DNA from: Rhynchopus sp. YZ270_cl-10
Lineage: Eukaryota
DNA: 64,000 bases
Assembly (NCBI GenBank): GCA_964035575.1
Contig: OZ037843.1
Coordinates: forward strand, 806,001-870,000
Direction: 5' to 3'
The translations under genes were made by a program, and so were the position numbers. Below, one piece after another: positions 23,357 to 35,352 of the stretch. The notes below the pieces were generated by a model that did no database searches, was not told the origin of the DNA, and saw only the letters and a program-made list of their open reading frames with translations. Position 1 is the first letter of the stretch; the number at the start of each line of letters is the position of its first letter.

Positions 23357-23842
23357 ATGTTTCGTAGATTGCGAGGTGCGGTTGGGCGACGACGAGGGGC
23401 TGCTGTCCCTCCGGAAGGACTGCAGGCCTTGGGCATCAAGGGGCCAGAGGTGGAGGCGCTGGAACGCCGCCAACGCTGGGAGCAGGAGTACGCAGCGTGG
23501 TACTCACAGTATCAGATGCAGGCGCGTGTCAGCCAGCAGACCGAATGGGACGAACAGTACCGGCGCTGGTGGGAGGCCTACATGCAGCAGTATGACCACG
23601 CACAGAAGCAGATGGCTCAACAGCAACAACACACTGCGCAGGGTGGACAGCAGCAGCCTCAAGCATCCAATGAGACTCCACAGGAACAGTACACAGCACA
23701 ACAAGAAGCGGCCCCGCAGGGTGGAAAGGGGTATGTCAAGAATAGAAAAATAAAAAGAAAGCACGTTTCATTTGTTGGAAACTACAAAGCAAGCTACACA
23801 TTACGCACAGCGTCCCAAGGATGCTCTAAAATGCATCCTTAA
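23357..23842 (+). CDS. Hypothetical Q/Y/W-rich protein; exon boundaries uncertain
   Basis: GC-rich coding-like segment (EYAAWYSQYQ, WWEAYMQQY); probable donor GTATGT at 23731. Confidence 0.5.
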   Translation: MFRRLRGAVGRRRGAAVPPEGLQALGIKGPEVEALERRQRWEQEYAAWYSQYQMQARVSQQTEWDEQYRRWWEAYMQQYDHAQKQMAQQQQHTAQGGQQQPQASNETPQEQYTAQQEAAPQGGKGYVKNRKIKRKHVSFVGNYKASYTLRTASQGCSKMHP

Positions 23843-25012
23843 ATAGGTGTCCGTATTAGTAACCGAACCTTAAAGCTCCAGTAGGGCTTTCCAGCCCTTC
23901 CGGTCTTGCTTGCTTGATTGATAACAGAGTTAAAGTTCTGCTTTATTTTTTTTTCAAACAAACCCCCCCAAACTGCATCACATACAGGACACATGAGCGT
24001 TACCTTTCGTACTTTGCGTTAGCTATGGTGTTTGTCTTGCTTTCGGTATGCCAAGAAGGGTGTGCAGCTGTTGGGAAGCGACATTTTGTTTTTTTTTATC
24101 ATATCACCAACAAGAACCCTAGTAACATCATTCACCGTGTAGTTTGTTGATGCGTTGACGCTTCCACACACACTCATCACACACCTGCAGGGTGGTGGTG
24201 TTGCGGAGCACGGTTGAGTGAACGACAGTTTCCCGCTCACAAAGTAGTGTATTTTACAAAAGAAACCAAAAAACAAATATTCACGTGGATTGCCCGTTTG
24301 CGGGGGGTGCACGTTGTCAAAGTTTTCAAATAAAATAATAGTGGAGCATACTCTAGCCTCTAGACTAGCCTAGTGTGCAGACGAACATTTTTGGTTCGTC
24401 GACGAACAAAATGTTCGTCGGTTTTGTTCGTCGATGTTCGTCGACGAACATCGACGAACAATTCCCCCCCCCCCCTAGGCATACCTAGAAAGCGAATATG
24501 ATATTCGGCCTATATTCGGATCCAAAATTCTTGGGCCATATTCGGCCTATATTCGGATCCGAATATCGTATTCGGATCCGAATATAGGCCGAATATGCAT
24601 ATTCGGCCTATATTCGGATCCGAATATAGGCCGAATATCATATTCGCCCTATATTCGGATCCGAATACACAGAATCTAGACTGCAGAAAGGGTGTGAGTG
24701 AGTTTGGATGGGGGTGGGTGGGGACATGAGGTAGCGAAACGCGTGTATTGGGGGGTGGGTGTGGGGGTCTTTTGATGATCGGTGTCTTTGCAAAAACAAG
24801 AGAAGTTGAAAGCACAAAAAGCACTGTTGATGGAAAAGAGGCAATACAGAAAGTATCAAGGCTGTCCTTACAGACGCATGCCAAAGCGTCCGCCACGTGG
24901 GTGTGGACTTAAGATTGAAGTAGTAGTAGGAGTAGTGCAAACAAAGAGGGGTTTTTTTTTGTTTTTTTTTTTTGTTTGCTCATGAAAAAGCAGCTCGAGA
25001 TGATACCAGCAT

Positions 25013-28000
25013 TTAGAACACTGGTATCATCTCGAGCTCCTCGGCGAGAGGCTCACAGTCGGAATCTGACGATTCCGACTGCTCCACCGCCTCGCCGAGG
25101 AGCCCCTTCTTGTCCTGAAGCAATCCAAGGAGCTTGCCGTTCTTCCGCAGCATCAGCTTCTCAATAAACTTTTCCTTAGATAAATTCGAGGAGCGTTTAT
25201 TTTTCATTGCACTTAATATACATAGCGCTCTAATTAGAGTATTAGGGTATAATTAGAGTCTGGGATTTTGGGCCAAGTCAGTTAGAGTCCAGTTAGAGTA
25301 TAATTAGAGTCGCTTTTCTTCAATTAGACTATAATTAGAGTGCAGTTAGAGCATAATTAGACTCTAACTACACTCTAATTATAGTCTAATTAGAGTAAAA
25401 CAACAGGCTTCTTGTAGGTGCAAACGCCGTAAGGAACCGGTCCCCCTAAGGTTCCTCTGTAGGACCCAGGTGCCCAGGTACCCACATAGCTGAAAATAAG
25501 ACTTGGGGAACCGAGTTATCAGGACACAATATGTGAAGGCGCTGTGGGTCCGCCTGAAAGCGGGTCGGGGACCCGGTCGCGGGAGGGTGGGGGCCTAGTC
25601 CTAGTCCTACTGTACCTAGTACCCAGTACCGGGAGTAGGCGCAACCCGGGACTCGGGACCCGGCTTATTCTCAGCTATGGGTACCCAGGTACTCAAACCC
25701 GCGCAGTGGCACATGCCCTCAAGTGTGAGTGACCCACACATTAGGGAATGCGATGCAAAAACTCTATGTGCACCTTCGGTGCAACGGCGCAGACAGGCCA
25801 AGCAGCGTTGGAATCAGAGGAATGCCCGCTGTGCAGGTATCAAACATGAGAACCAACTCCCAGCAACAAGGGGCGCCTTTTGGCGGGCGTTATTGAAGGT
25901 GTTTCGGGTGCAAAGTTTTCTACAATTTTGATGCGCGGGTACAGAAGTGGTGTCTTGTTCTTTCATCTGTAGGAATGTAAATGTCAATCGCGTTTAACTA
26001 CCACTAAGGGGTCGAAGGGATAATCCCAGTATCAACGGCTGTGTTGACGGGAAATCTATAGCGAGCATACGTTCATTTCATCCGAAGAAATACTACTTAT
26101 GAACCCAGGAGAGATCCAAGCCTGAACGCGCTGAACAACTACCCGCGATTGACTTAGATGTTATACCAAAGAGAATTCATAACAAAACAACACCCTGCCC
26201 CATACACCAAATAGCCATGCTTCAAGTGCATGCCCTGGGCCAAAATTCCTGTGCTACAAAGGCAACAAGACCATCCACAAGGAGTGTGAATTGTGCACTG
26301 GTTTTCTGGGGGAACAAACAATATTTTCTTGTGTCTGGTTCTCTGCAAGCAGAGAACAGACTTTCTGGATTACAAATTCGAATTTCTTGCACTAGCTATG
26401 CCCCCTGGGTTGATGGCTATAGCATTGATTGATGTGCCCCTCTTTATTGACCCTCTTATAGGACTCTAATTAGACTCTAATTAGAGTCCAGTTAGAGTAT
26501 TAGAGTTCAGTTAGAGTTTTAAAGACTCTAATTATACTCGAACTGCCGACTCTAATTATCTAGTTAGAGTCTAATTGGAGCGCTATGTATAACTTAAGGA
26601 AGAAAATAATCCATCAACTGAGGTTACGCTGATCGGGGTTGAAAGCCATCCATGGACGTGTGGCGCTAAATTCGGGAAGCGTAACCCTCCACTGCCTCTT
26701 GGACTCCAGAACTCGAACAGGTCAGTAACATCCTGAAACAAAAGGGCTTCGGCGTTGAGGTACAGGATGAATTCGTTCCACACGGTCGGTTCGCGCAAAG
26801 CATAGAAAATAGCACCCCATTTCTGCATCTCTGCGTCCTGACACTGTGGCTCCCCTGTCGGCAGGTCATCATCATCATAGTCCCCGGAGAGGATGACATT
26901 GCAGTCAAAGAATATTAACTTCTCAAACCGGTCTCTCGACTTGTACTCGGCCCATGCTGCTGATAAACACTCGCGCATATTCGCAGAGTAGTCGCTGTTG
27001 GTGAGTACCCTCTGAATCTCTGGAAACCACCAGCTCGCTGCAATTTTGGTGCCGGGATTTTGCACCTTTCTGAGGAATGGAAGAAGAGGTTCGATATCGT
27101 TTGCAAATGCCGACACTTCGCGTACATGATCCTGCCACCTGTCCGTTTTGACAAGTTCAACGAGGGAGAGGAGAGACTGGTTCTTTTTCTTTCTCCCCAT
27201 TTCACTATCGAGGAAAGATACCAGGGGTTGATGTCTGTCTCTAATGTGTATAGCAAGGTCGGCCATGGCTAACCACCGGGTGTCGCTGGTGAGTGATGGT
27301 GTCTTCGGCGATGCCGTATCAACATTCTCAACGTCAACATCGATCGTTTCGCTCAACACCTCCTTTGCTTTGGCCAGAAGCTCTTCAATATCATCTATTT
27401 TCGGCCCCGGAAGCAAACGTTGCATGCCCCTGACACTTTTTTTCTCCACAGCGACTTTCAAACGAATCCTGGTGTCTTGTGTGTCCGCCGCCGACTCACG
27501 CGCGTTGCTGACAGAAGATTCCTGGAAATTGAGCCAGCGCACTCGTCGGCTTTTACAAGAGAAAAGCTGACTAAACGCTGTACAAAAAACATATGACAGC
27601 TGGTAGTTAATTTTTACGTGTGCTTTCAGTGCCGAATTTGTCACGTGGCCAAAACACCAACTGGCTTCCTCGTCAGACAACCCTACCACATTTATCGATC
27701 CATAATCAGCAACCACGGGAGAATGCGCGATATTAAATTTTTTTCGAGCTGTGTTGATAGCATCCTTCACATCTCGACCACAGTGGACTTCTCCAGTATC
27801 TTTTACGTCCATATGAATGAGGAGGGCTTGGCCTGCAACGAACGCTACAATGCACAATGTCGAAAAACCCAGGTGTCTCTGTCCTGCAATAAAAATTTTG
27901 GGATAGTGGTCATTTGTTTATTAGCATACCCGATCCATCTATCCCGAGAGGGATTGGTTTCCCTTCAACCAACTTCAGTAGCACACCCTCGATCTCCTTC

Positions 28001-28904
28001 ACGAACTTCATGGAGCGGCCCAGGACCGTTTTCCCGGTTGGGAAGTCCTCTCCGAAGAGGGGACGCACTGGCAGCGACATAATGTCGGCTTGGCGTTCTG
28101 TGAGTCCGCAGACCAGCACAGCCAATGCCCATGTTGTGACAAACGCCGCCAACCCCATCACCGGCGTCAACACCTGCTGCCGCTTCTCCTTCGTGTCACC
28201 AACTGGAGCTGCAGCCTTCTTCTTCTTCTTCTTCTCCCTACGCTCATTATTTTTGTGGCGGTCGCTTTGGACGTGTACCTTGGCGGTACTACTTTCACCG
28301 TGTTGCACCACTCCACGGCAATGTACACAAAAAAGAACTGTGTCGTCTCCCTTTCGCCCTGTTTTCTTCGCTGCTGCCTTTTCCTCGAAGGGGAGCTCAT
28401 CAACCTCCATTACCTGAGATTTTTTTGTTATTTGTTACATTTTTTTTATTTTTTATTACTTTGTATTCACCCTAGTCACTTTAGCGCCGCCGTAGCAGTG
28501 TGGCCCCTCATTTTGTTCTATACTGACCGGTTTTTTAATACATTTTTAGCGATACATACTTCATAACACTCTGCAATTGATCGGTCGTACTTCTCCAGCG
28601 CGGTTAAACGACCCTGCGCGGTTACCGACGATCCCGCCTTCGCCTCCGCCGACACCTCCTTCAGCTTCTTCCGAGACTCTATGGTCTCTTTGCGCTTCTC
28701 CGCCGGGGTCTTCTCTATCGCGCCGCCTTTCTTGGCTGGTGGCTTGCTTGCAGTCTTTGTAGAAGGCTTATTCGTTGCCTTCTTCGCTGATTTTTTCACT
28801 CTTTTCTTTGTTTGTGCCCTGGTGGAAGAGGAATCGCTCGCGTCCGTGTTGCTCGAGACAATGGTCGTCTCGTCGACCTTCCTCTTTCTGCTTTTTGGGC
28901 CCAT
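25013..28904 (-). pseudogene. Three-exon hAT-like transposase with CGGBP1/BED-like zinc finger, interrupted near the 3' end
   Basis: GT-AG introns 28414-28559 and 27884-27929 join frames. Motifs LFCVHC..H....H, GIDG, VVADYG, CFGH, TRW, FPNLA...PISVTSVDGLFS. Removing 25217-26591 and one TSD restores FSSLSAMKNKRSSNL through to the stop at 25013. Confidence 0.85.
25217..26591. mobile_element. Non-autonomous element with TATAC termini and 6 bp TSD, inserted in the transposase gene
   Basis: TATACATAGCGCTCTAATTAGA ... TCTAATTGGAGCGCTATGTATA; TSD ACTTAA at 25211-25216 and 26592-26597; CTCTAATTAGAG subterminal repeats. Confidence 0.9.
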
Positions 28905-29320
28905 TGATGATATTTTTTTTAGCGTTTAAACTGATAAATTCCTGTTGATAGTGTAGGGGTGCACCGAAAAGAATTCACCGAAGCACGTCATATATTGTGC
29001 AAACCTAAACGCGATAATTTTCGGCGAAAATTCATGGAAAGCCCGCGGGGCTTCGAAATACAAAAGTGACTTTCTTTCTTCTTTTTTTTTGGACTTTTTT
29101 TTCTCTTTTTTTCCCCTTCCCCCCCATTTTTGGATTTTCCGAGCCAATTGCGGAACGTGGTGGGGTCTATTTCAAAAATATGATACATTCCTGTTGGTGA
29201 TACGTGTATTCGGGTCATATTCGGCCTATATTCGCCTATATTCGGATCCGAATATAGGGCGAATACGCATATTCGGATCCGAATATAGGCCGAATATCAT
29301 ATTCGCTTTCTAGGTATGCC

Positions 29321-30509
29321 TAGGGGGTCCGACTGTGAGTAAAATTACCGTACAAAAAACTCATTATTAAACTTCTGGTCATCTCCAAGGCAACTGCGGG
29401 TGAAAAACACCCTCAGAGTGGGTCACAGGGGTCCTGTGGGCCGAAAAACGACCCAGAAGCCACCCCAGAATACAAAAAAATGGAAAAAAATAGTGAAAAA
29501 ACGGCTTTTTGACGGTTTTGGCCATGTTGGGCAAAATAGCGTTTTTTCAAGAAAAAACCAAAAAAACGGTTATTTTTTGACATCACAAAACCTCCTTTGG
29601 CACAAATATACCCCAAAAGTGGCCTGTGAGTCCATTCCAACCTGTTTTGGACATATTTGACACTTTTGGAAGTGTTTTTTTGGTGTTTTTACGTCAAAAA
29701 ACATACCCTGGCAATACCCTGACCGCGCTCCGGCAGCATTCCAGCATGCTGTTTGACCCATATAGGGGTCAAGAAATGGCCAAAAACCCCCGAAAAAGCA
29801 CTCCGGGAACCCAGATAGTTCCAAATATCCACCAGACACCCACCCAAACACCGCAGAAACACGACAGAAAGTCGTCTTGAAAAACACACTTTTTTCAAAA
29901 AGGCTATTATGGAGCCTGTCTGACGAGCTTTTTGAAAAAAGTGTGTTTTTCAAGACGACTTTCTGTCGTGTTTCTGCGGTGTTTGGGTGGGTGTCTGGTG
30001 GATATTTGGAACTATCTGGGTTCCCGGAGTGCTTTTTCGGGGGTTTTTGGCCATTTCTTGACCCCTATATGGGTCAAACAGCATGCTGGAATGCTGCCGG
30101 AGCGCGGTCAGGGTATTGCCAGGGTATGTTTTTTGACGTAAAAACACCAAAAAAACACTTCCAAAAGTGTCAAATATGTCCAAAACAGGTTGGAATGGAC
30201 TCACAGGCCACTTTTGGGGTATATTTGTGCCAAAGGAGGTTTTGTGATGTCAAAAAATAACCGTTTTTTTGGTTTTTTCTTGAAAAAACGCTATTTTGCC
30301 CAACATGGCCAAAACCGTCAAAAAGCCGTTTTTTCACTATTTTTTTCCATTTTTTTGTATTCTGGGGTGGCTTCTGGGTCGTTTTTCGACCCACAGGCCC
30401 CCTGTGACCCACTCTGAGGGTGTTTTTCACCCGCAGTTGCCTTGGAGATGACCAGATAATGCCAAATGAATTTTCCGTGCGCAAAAAATGGCTGGAGTCG
30501 TACCCCCTA
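29321..30509. mobile_element. Foldback element, 1189 bp, near-perfect central palindrome
   Basis: Termini TAGGGGGTCCGACT / AGTCGTACCCCCTA; ~530 bp arms spanning ~29374-30456, centred at 29915 (mirror-identical ORFs on both strands); short asymmetric loop. Confidence 0.9.
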
Positions 30510-32012
30510 CCCCCCCCCCCCCCCCACGACGAACATCGACGAACATTTTGTTCGTCTGCACACTATGACTAGGGTGGCTACACTAATACAACCAAGTTTT
30601 CAAAATAAGAAATACAAAAGTATATTAGACAGCGTCCATATACCTCCCCTAGGACACAATGCATGCGAATTGTTTTATCGAATTTCTTACTATCATTTAG
30701 GACAGTGGAAATTGCACAACTGTGGCAACACAACCGAGGCAACTACACTACTCCAACAATTTATCAAACAAATATGAAAAAAATCATGTTAAACACACCC
30801 ACCTCAGGAACTCGACAAGATTATGTGAACCACCACACGAACGTCCCTGAAGCAGCACGCATGCTTTGTACCACACAGCGTGGCCTCAGTGTGCAGTGTC
30901 CCGTACAGGAATTGCCCAGAACTGATTTCTAACACAGAACAGCCTCGGGTCTTCACACAGAAGGGTGGGGGATGTTTTCTTTGGCAGATTGTTGCCGGAA
31001 ACAAACAGCAAAAAAAAAGTTGGTGGTGCCCAATCCTACACTACTACAACCAGTTTTTTTTTTGTTTTTTTTGTTTTCAAAACAGTCCTCAAGAAGTGCG
31101 TGCTTTTAAGAGGCCTTTTTGTGAGCGAGCTTTTTTTGGACAGTGGAGATTGCACAAACTGTGGCAAACACAAACCGAGGCAACTACACTTCCAACAATT
31201 TATCAAAGAAAGCAGGTAATGATGGAAGCTCTGACCCCAACATATTCCTGGTTGTTTTGCACTTTCTTATAGTATCTCTTTCCTTTCGTTTTGTGGAGGT
31301 AGGAAACAGCGTGCAAAATGTGGACTCAGCATTTGATGCAGAAGAGGGGATGAGGGGGGGGGGTGGTGTGTACAACGTAGTGAAGCATGGTACCCTGCTT
31401 ATCGCAAGCGTTTGCCTTAGATAATAATATAGGCCTTTTCTGTGTGTCTCGTCCTCTTGGGGTCGATATAAAAAAGAAAACAAACGAAAGAGAGAGAAAG
31501 AAAAAAAAGCCCCCCCCCCCCTTTTTTTACGCACACTACTTTGTGAGTGAGAAAGTGTCCCGTCGTTCACTCACCCAACCGTGCTCCGCAACACCACCAC
31601 CCAGGTGATTTGTAGTGTGTGTGGAAGCGTCAACGCATCAAACAACTACAAGAAGGGGGGTGAGGGAACGACACGTGACACTTTTGCCCTGTTCGCCCCC
31701 CGCCATTACCTACCGCTGGGTGGGGTTGTTGAGTTGTGAATGGTTGTGATCTTTTCTGAAACAGCCGAACTCCCGGCTATGTTCCTGGTGAAAAGCGCCT
31801 GTCATATTAGGATAAAAATCCTTCATCTTTGAGTCTTTCGAATGCATTGTGTGTTAGTGCGTAGAGGCACAGAATAGCATAGGGACAGCCTTGGAAGGAG
31901 CAGTGTGCAAGCCCATCACCCTGGGTGAGCTTCTTTGTAGATCCTTGCCTCCATCCCCCCGCAACCTCCGTATATAACACACCATCATCCTCACAGCAAT
32001 CTACACAGCACC

Positions 32013-33293
32013 ATGTCGAAGCGACGCTTAGATAGCACGCCACATGAGAACGCACCAAAAAGAAGAAAGTTTTCTGACAAGGACCTGCTGGAGGCTGTCA
32101 GGAACGGCAACACCGCTGCCGTGCGGGCAGCACTCGAGAAGCTCTCCCCAGGCAGCAAAACGGAAACGGTCGCCTTCGAAGCTGTGCACGAGGCATGCAG
32201 AGGGAACCAGAATGAATGCCTCGCGCTGCTTCTTCCGTATGTCAAGACAACGCAGATGGGCTTCGGGATGCTGCTGAGTGAGTGTGTCCACGCAGACCAC
32301 ACTGCGTGCACGGAGGTCCTCTTGCAGCATTGGAAGTCAGTCTGCAGCAACGTCGCGTTTGTCCCACACGACTCCAAGGACAGCGCAGGTCAGATGTCGC
32401 GCCTATGTCCAGCTATGTGGGAGGACCCTGCAGTGTGTCAGGTGCTCATTGATGCAGGGGCAGACATTGAGGCAAGAAATACTGATGGACGCTCGCCTTT
32501 GCACGTGGCTAGCCGTTCAGGAAAACTCGCATCTGTGACGAAGTTGGTCAAAGCAGGTGCGGATGTACGTGCCACAGACGCTCAAAGAAATACGTGTCTT
32601 ATGCTTGCAGCGTGCTTTGGACGCACCAATACTGTGCGCTATCTTGCGGGCTTGCCGGTGGTGGACCTGGATCACAAAGACAGCGATTACTACACTGCGT
32701 TACACTCTGCTGTGGCAGAAAAATGTGCAGACGTGGTGCAGGTGCTCATTGATGCTGGGGCAGACATTGAGGCAAAGAATGATGAAGTACGCTCGCCTTT
32801 GCACATGGCTAGCATTTCAGGAGAACTCGCATCTGTGACGAAGTTGGTCAAGGCAGGTGCGGATGTACGTGCCACAGACGCCAGAAGAGACACGTGCCTT
32901 ATCCTTGCAGCGTATTTTGGACACACCGAGACTGTGCGCTATCTTGCGGGCTTGCCGGTGGTGGACCTGGATCACGGAGACAGCGAAAACAGCACTGCGT
33001 TACACATTGCTGTGGCAGAAAAACATGCAGACGTGGTGCAGGTGCTCATTGATGCAGGGGCAGACATTGGGGCAAGAAATACTGATGGACGCTCGCCTTT
33101 GCACGTGGCTAGCCGTTCAGGAGAACTCACAACTGTGAAGATGTTGGTCGAAGCAGGTGCGGATGTACGTGCCACAGACACCAAAAGAGAGACGTGTCTT
33201 ATCCTTGCGACCCATTTTGGACACACCAAGACTGCGCGCTATCTTTCGGGCTTGCTGGAGGTGGATGTAGTAACGGAGCCCACGAAACGCTGA
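32013..33293 (+). CDS. Ankyrin-repeat protein, copy 1 (426 aa)
   Basis: Three ~100 aa units of GRSPLHxA / TCLxLAA / TALHxA ankyrin repeats; basic N-terminus KRR...PKRRK. Confidence 0.93.
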   Translation: MSKRRLDSTPHENAPKRRKFSDKDLLEAVRNGNTAAVRAALEKLSPGSKTETVAFEAVHEACRGNQNECLALLLPYVKTTQMGFGMLLSECVHADHTACTEVLLQHWKSVCSNVAFVPHDSKDSAGQMSRLCPAMWEDPAVCQVLIDAGADIEARNTDGRSPLHVASRSGKLASVTKLVKAGADVRATDAQRNTCLMLAACFGRTNTVRYLAGLPVVDLDHKDSDYYTALHSAVAEKCADVVQVLIDAGADIEAKNDEVRSPLHMASISGELASVTKLVKAGADVRATDARRDTCLILAAYFGHTETVRYLAGLPVVDLDHGDSENSTALHIAVAEKHADVVQVLIDAGADIGARNTDGRSPLHVASRSGELTTVKMLVEAGADVRATDTKRETCLILATHFGHTKTARYLSGLLEVDVVTEPTKR

Positions 33294-33427
33294 CAGGCCG
33301 TGTGCTGGCCCTCTAACTATGTGGTGGCTGACCATTTGTCACATTGTCAAAAAGAATTTAAAAAAAAACGCAAAATGCCAAGGAACAAGAATCTTGCAAA
33401 AAAAAAAAAAAAAAAAAAAAAGCAAAA

Positions 33428-34728
33428 GGGGGGTATGTAATTTGACCGGTTCGGGGGGGGCGAATAAGAGATGTGGCATCTCTTATTAGGCGAACGGACG
33501 AGCCAGAAATAAAAAAAATTTTTTGGGGGAAAAAAAGCAAAAAGACATTTTCGCCGGAGGCAAAAAAAATATTTTGACCACTTTTTTGCCAGACCGGGTA
33601 GACACGGTAAAATTTCAAAAAAAAATTTCACGATAAAACCCTGGCGCATGCAAAAAAAAAAAAAAAAAAAAATACCCCCAAAATCTCAACCTGATCTCTT
33701 ATTCGGCCCTGATCTCTTATTCACCCCTGATCTCTTATTCGCCCCCCCCCAGTAACCAGTGTGTTGTCAAAAATTCCCGAAAAAATCGGGTATTTTTGTG
33801 TACAAATAGACCCGGTCAAAATAGGGTATGTAATTTGACCGGCACCCTATTTTGACCGGCTTTTGACCGGGTACTATTTATACACAAAAAATACCCGATT
33901 TTTTGAAAAAAACCAAAGGGGGGACCCTTTGGTCGTCGAAATTCCCCAGCCAAAATTGGTCGCAAAATCGGCCGATTTTTCAAAAATCTCAAAAAAAAAA
34001 AAAAAAATCCCAATTTTTTTTTCACAAGTGTTTTTGAGGCCTGCTCACTACACCCTATGTACCCTTCTGGGACCAAAAAGTCCAAAAAACGCAAAATTTT
34101 GGTGTTTTGACCCTCCAGAAGCACCCAAAAACGTACTTTTGTGTACAAAAACACGCATATTACACATTTCCTTAGCAATTCTTTTCACAAGTACTAGGCG
34201 ATTTTTGACCTGACAAAATTTTGTTTTATCGCCCAAAATCGGGCGTGGTAGGTCATAAAATGGCCCAAAGAATCCAAAGAAAACCTCAGAAATAGATGTT
34301 CGCGAAATTTCGCAAGTCAAACTTCAGCCACAATACGGTCATTTTGTGCATACCCTGTGACTGTAGTGGCTAGAGAACACGCACATGCAGACTCGTTCCT
34401 TGCAATTTCCAGTGTTGTGTTTATCAATGCATGCATCCAGAGGACCTCTGGTTTACGACATCGTAGGCACTCCTGTGCAAAAATGAAGTCGGTTTGGTTG
34501 ACCCAAAATCGGGGTGGGTGGGCCATAATTTGCTCCAAATTTGGCCGAAAATTGGGATTTTTCTGAAAATTTCATTGTGCTCAACAAAAATCCTTGCTTT
34601 TTTGAAGAATTTTCCAAAAAAATATGCTATACTCCCTATGACTGGACCCAACTCCCCTCACCCTTTTTTTTTTCACCCAAAGGGCCGGTCAAATTTTACA
34701 CACTAATACACAAAGTTACATACCCCCC
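33428..34728. mobile_element. MULE-like non-autonomous element with a nested MITE (~33453-33750)
   Basis: GGGGGGTATGTAA ... TTACATACCCCCC; flanks AAAAGCAAAA / AAAAACAAAA; nested GGGGGGGCGAATAAGAGAT ... ATCTCTTATTCGCCCCCCC. Confidence 0.55.
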
Positions 34729-34742
34729 AAAAACAAAAAAAA

Positions 34743-35290
34743 ACCCACCCGAGTCTTCTTGAAACACTCTCTTCCATTTGACTCTTCTGACAGTACAGCC
34801 CATTCGCGCTGCTGCTGCCCTTCTTATGCCTTGACACAAAAAAAAAGTCCTTCCCTCTTTTTCCCCTCCTTCTTCCTCACCCCATATTTTTGTGTAATAC
34901 TTTCCTCAGAATAGGTGCATGCGGTGTGGTGTGAGTTGGGACTTACATCCACACATCATCCTAGTCTGGTATAGGGTGTGTGGATAGTTGTATTGTTGCC
35001 CCCCTCCTTTTATTTCAAAGATGTAAACCACGAAAATGGATGTAGGACTGCATGGTTGGGTGTCCACCCCCGGTACAGCCGGTCATTTGTACCAAAAGGT
35101 GCACTGTTCACGAGAGGGCTTTTGTATTTCAACTCTACTTTACTTCCTTCATACTCTGGGTTGCAACATTATCAATAACGTTATATCACCCAAGTATGAT
35201 TATTTGACAACTCAGTGAATAGTGGTGTGGAGTTGCCTCGGGTCGGTGTCTTTTGCGACAGCAAAATCTCCCACTTTCACTATTTGACCA
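34743..35290 (+). repeat. Upstream segment of ankyrin copy 2, duplicated without the gene at 45956-46490
   Basis: Near-identical direct copy from ACCCACCCGAGTCTTC to CACTATTTGAC. Confidence 0.85.
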
Positions 35291-35352
35291 TGTAATATCC
35301 CCCACAACCTCCGCATATAACACATCGGCCTCACAGCAATCTACACAGCACC

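Larger units (their letters stand above)
24480..29318 (-). mobile_element. hAT-like element with CATAC termini and 6 bp TSD
   Basis: TIR CATACCTAGAAAGCGAATATGATATTCGGCCTATATTCGGATCC at both ends; CCTAGG at 24474-24479 and 29319-29324; TATTCGGATCCGAATA subterminal repeats; encloses a transposase gene. Confidence 0.88.
24371..30565. mobile_element. Outer MITE (TAGTGTGCAGACGAACA TIRs) whose central poly-C hosts nested insertions
   Basis: TAGTGTGCAGACGAACA at 24371 and TGTTCGTCTGCACACTA ending 30565; GACGAACA repeats at both ends; poly-C at 24464-24475 and 30510-30525. Confidence 0.75.
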
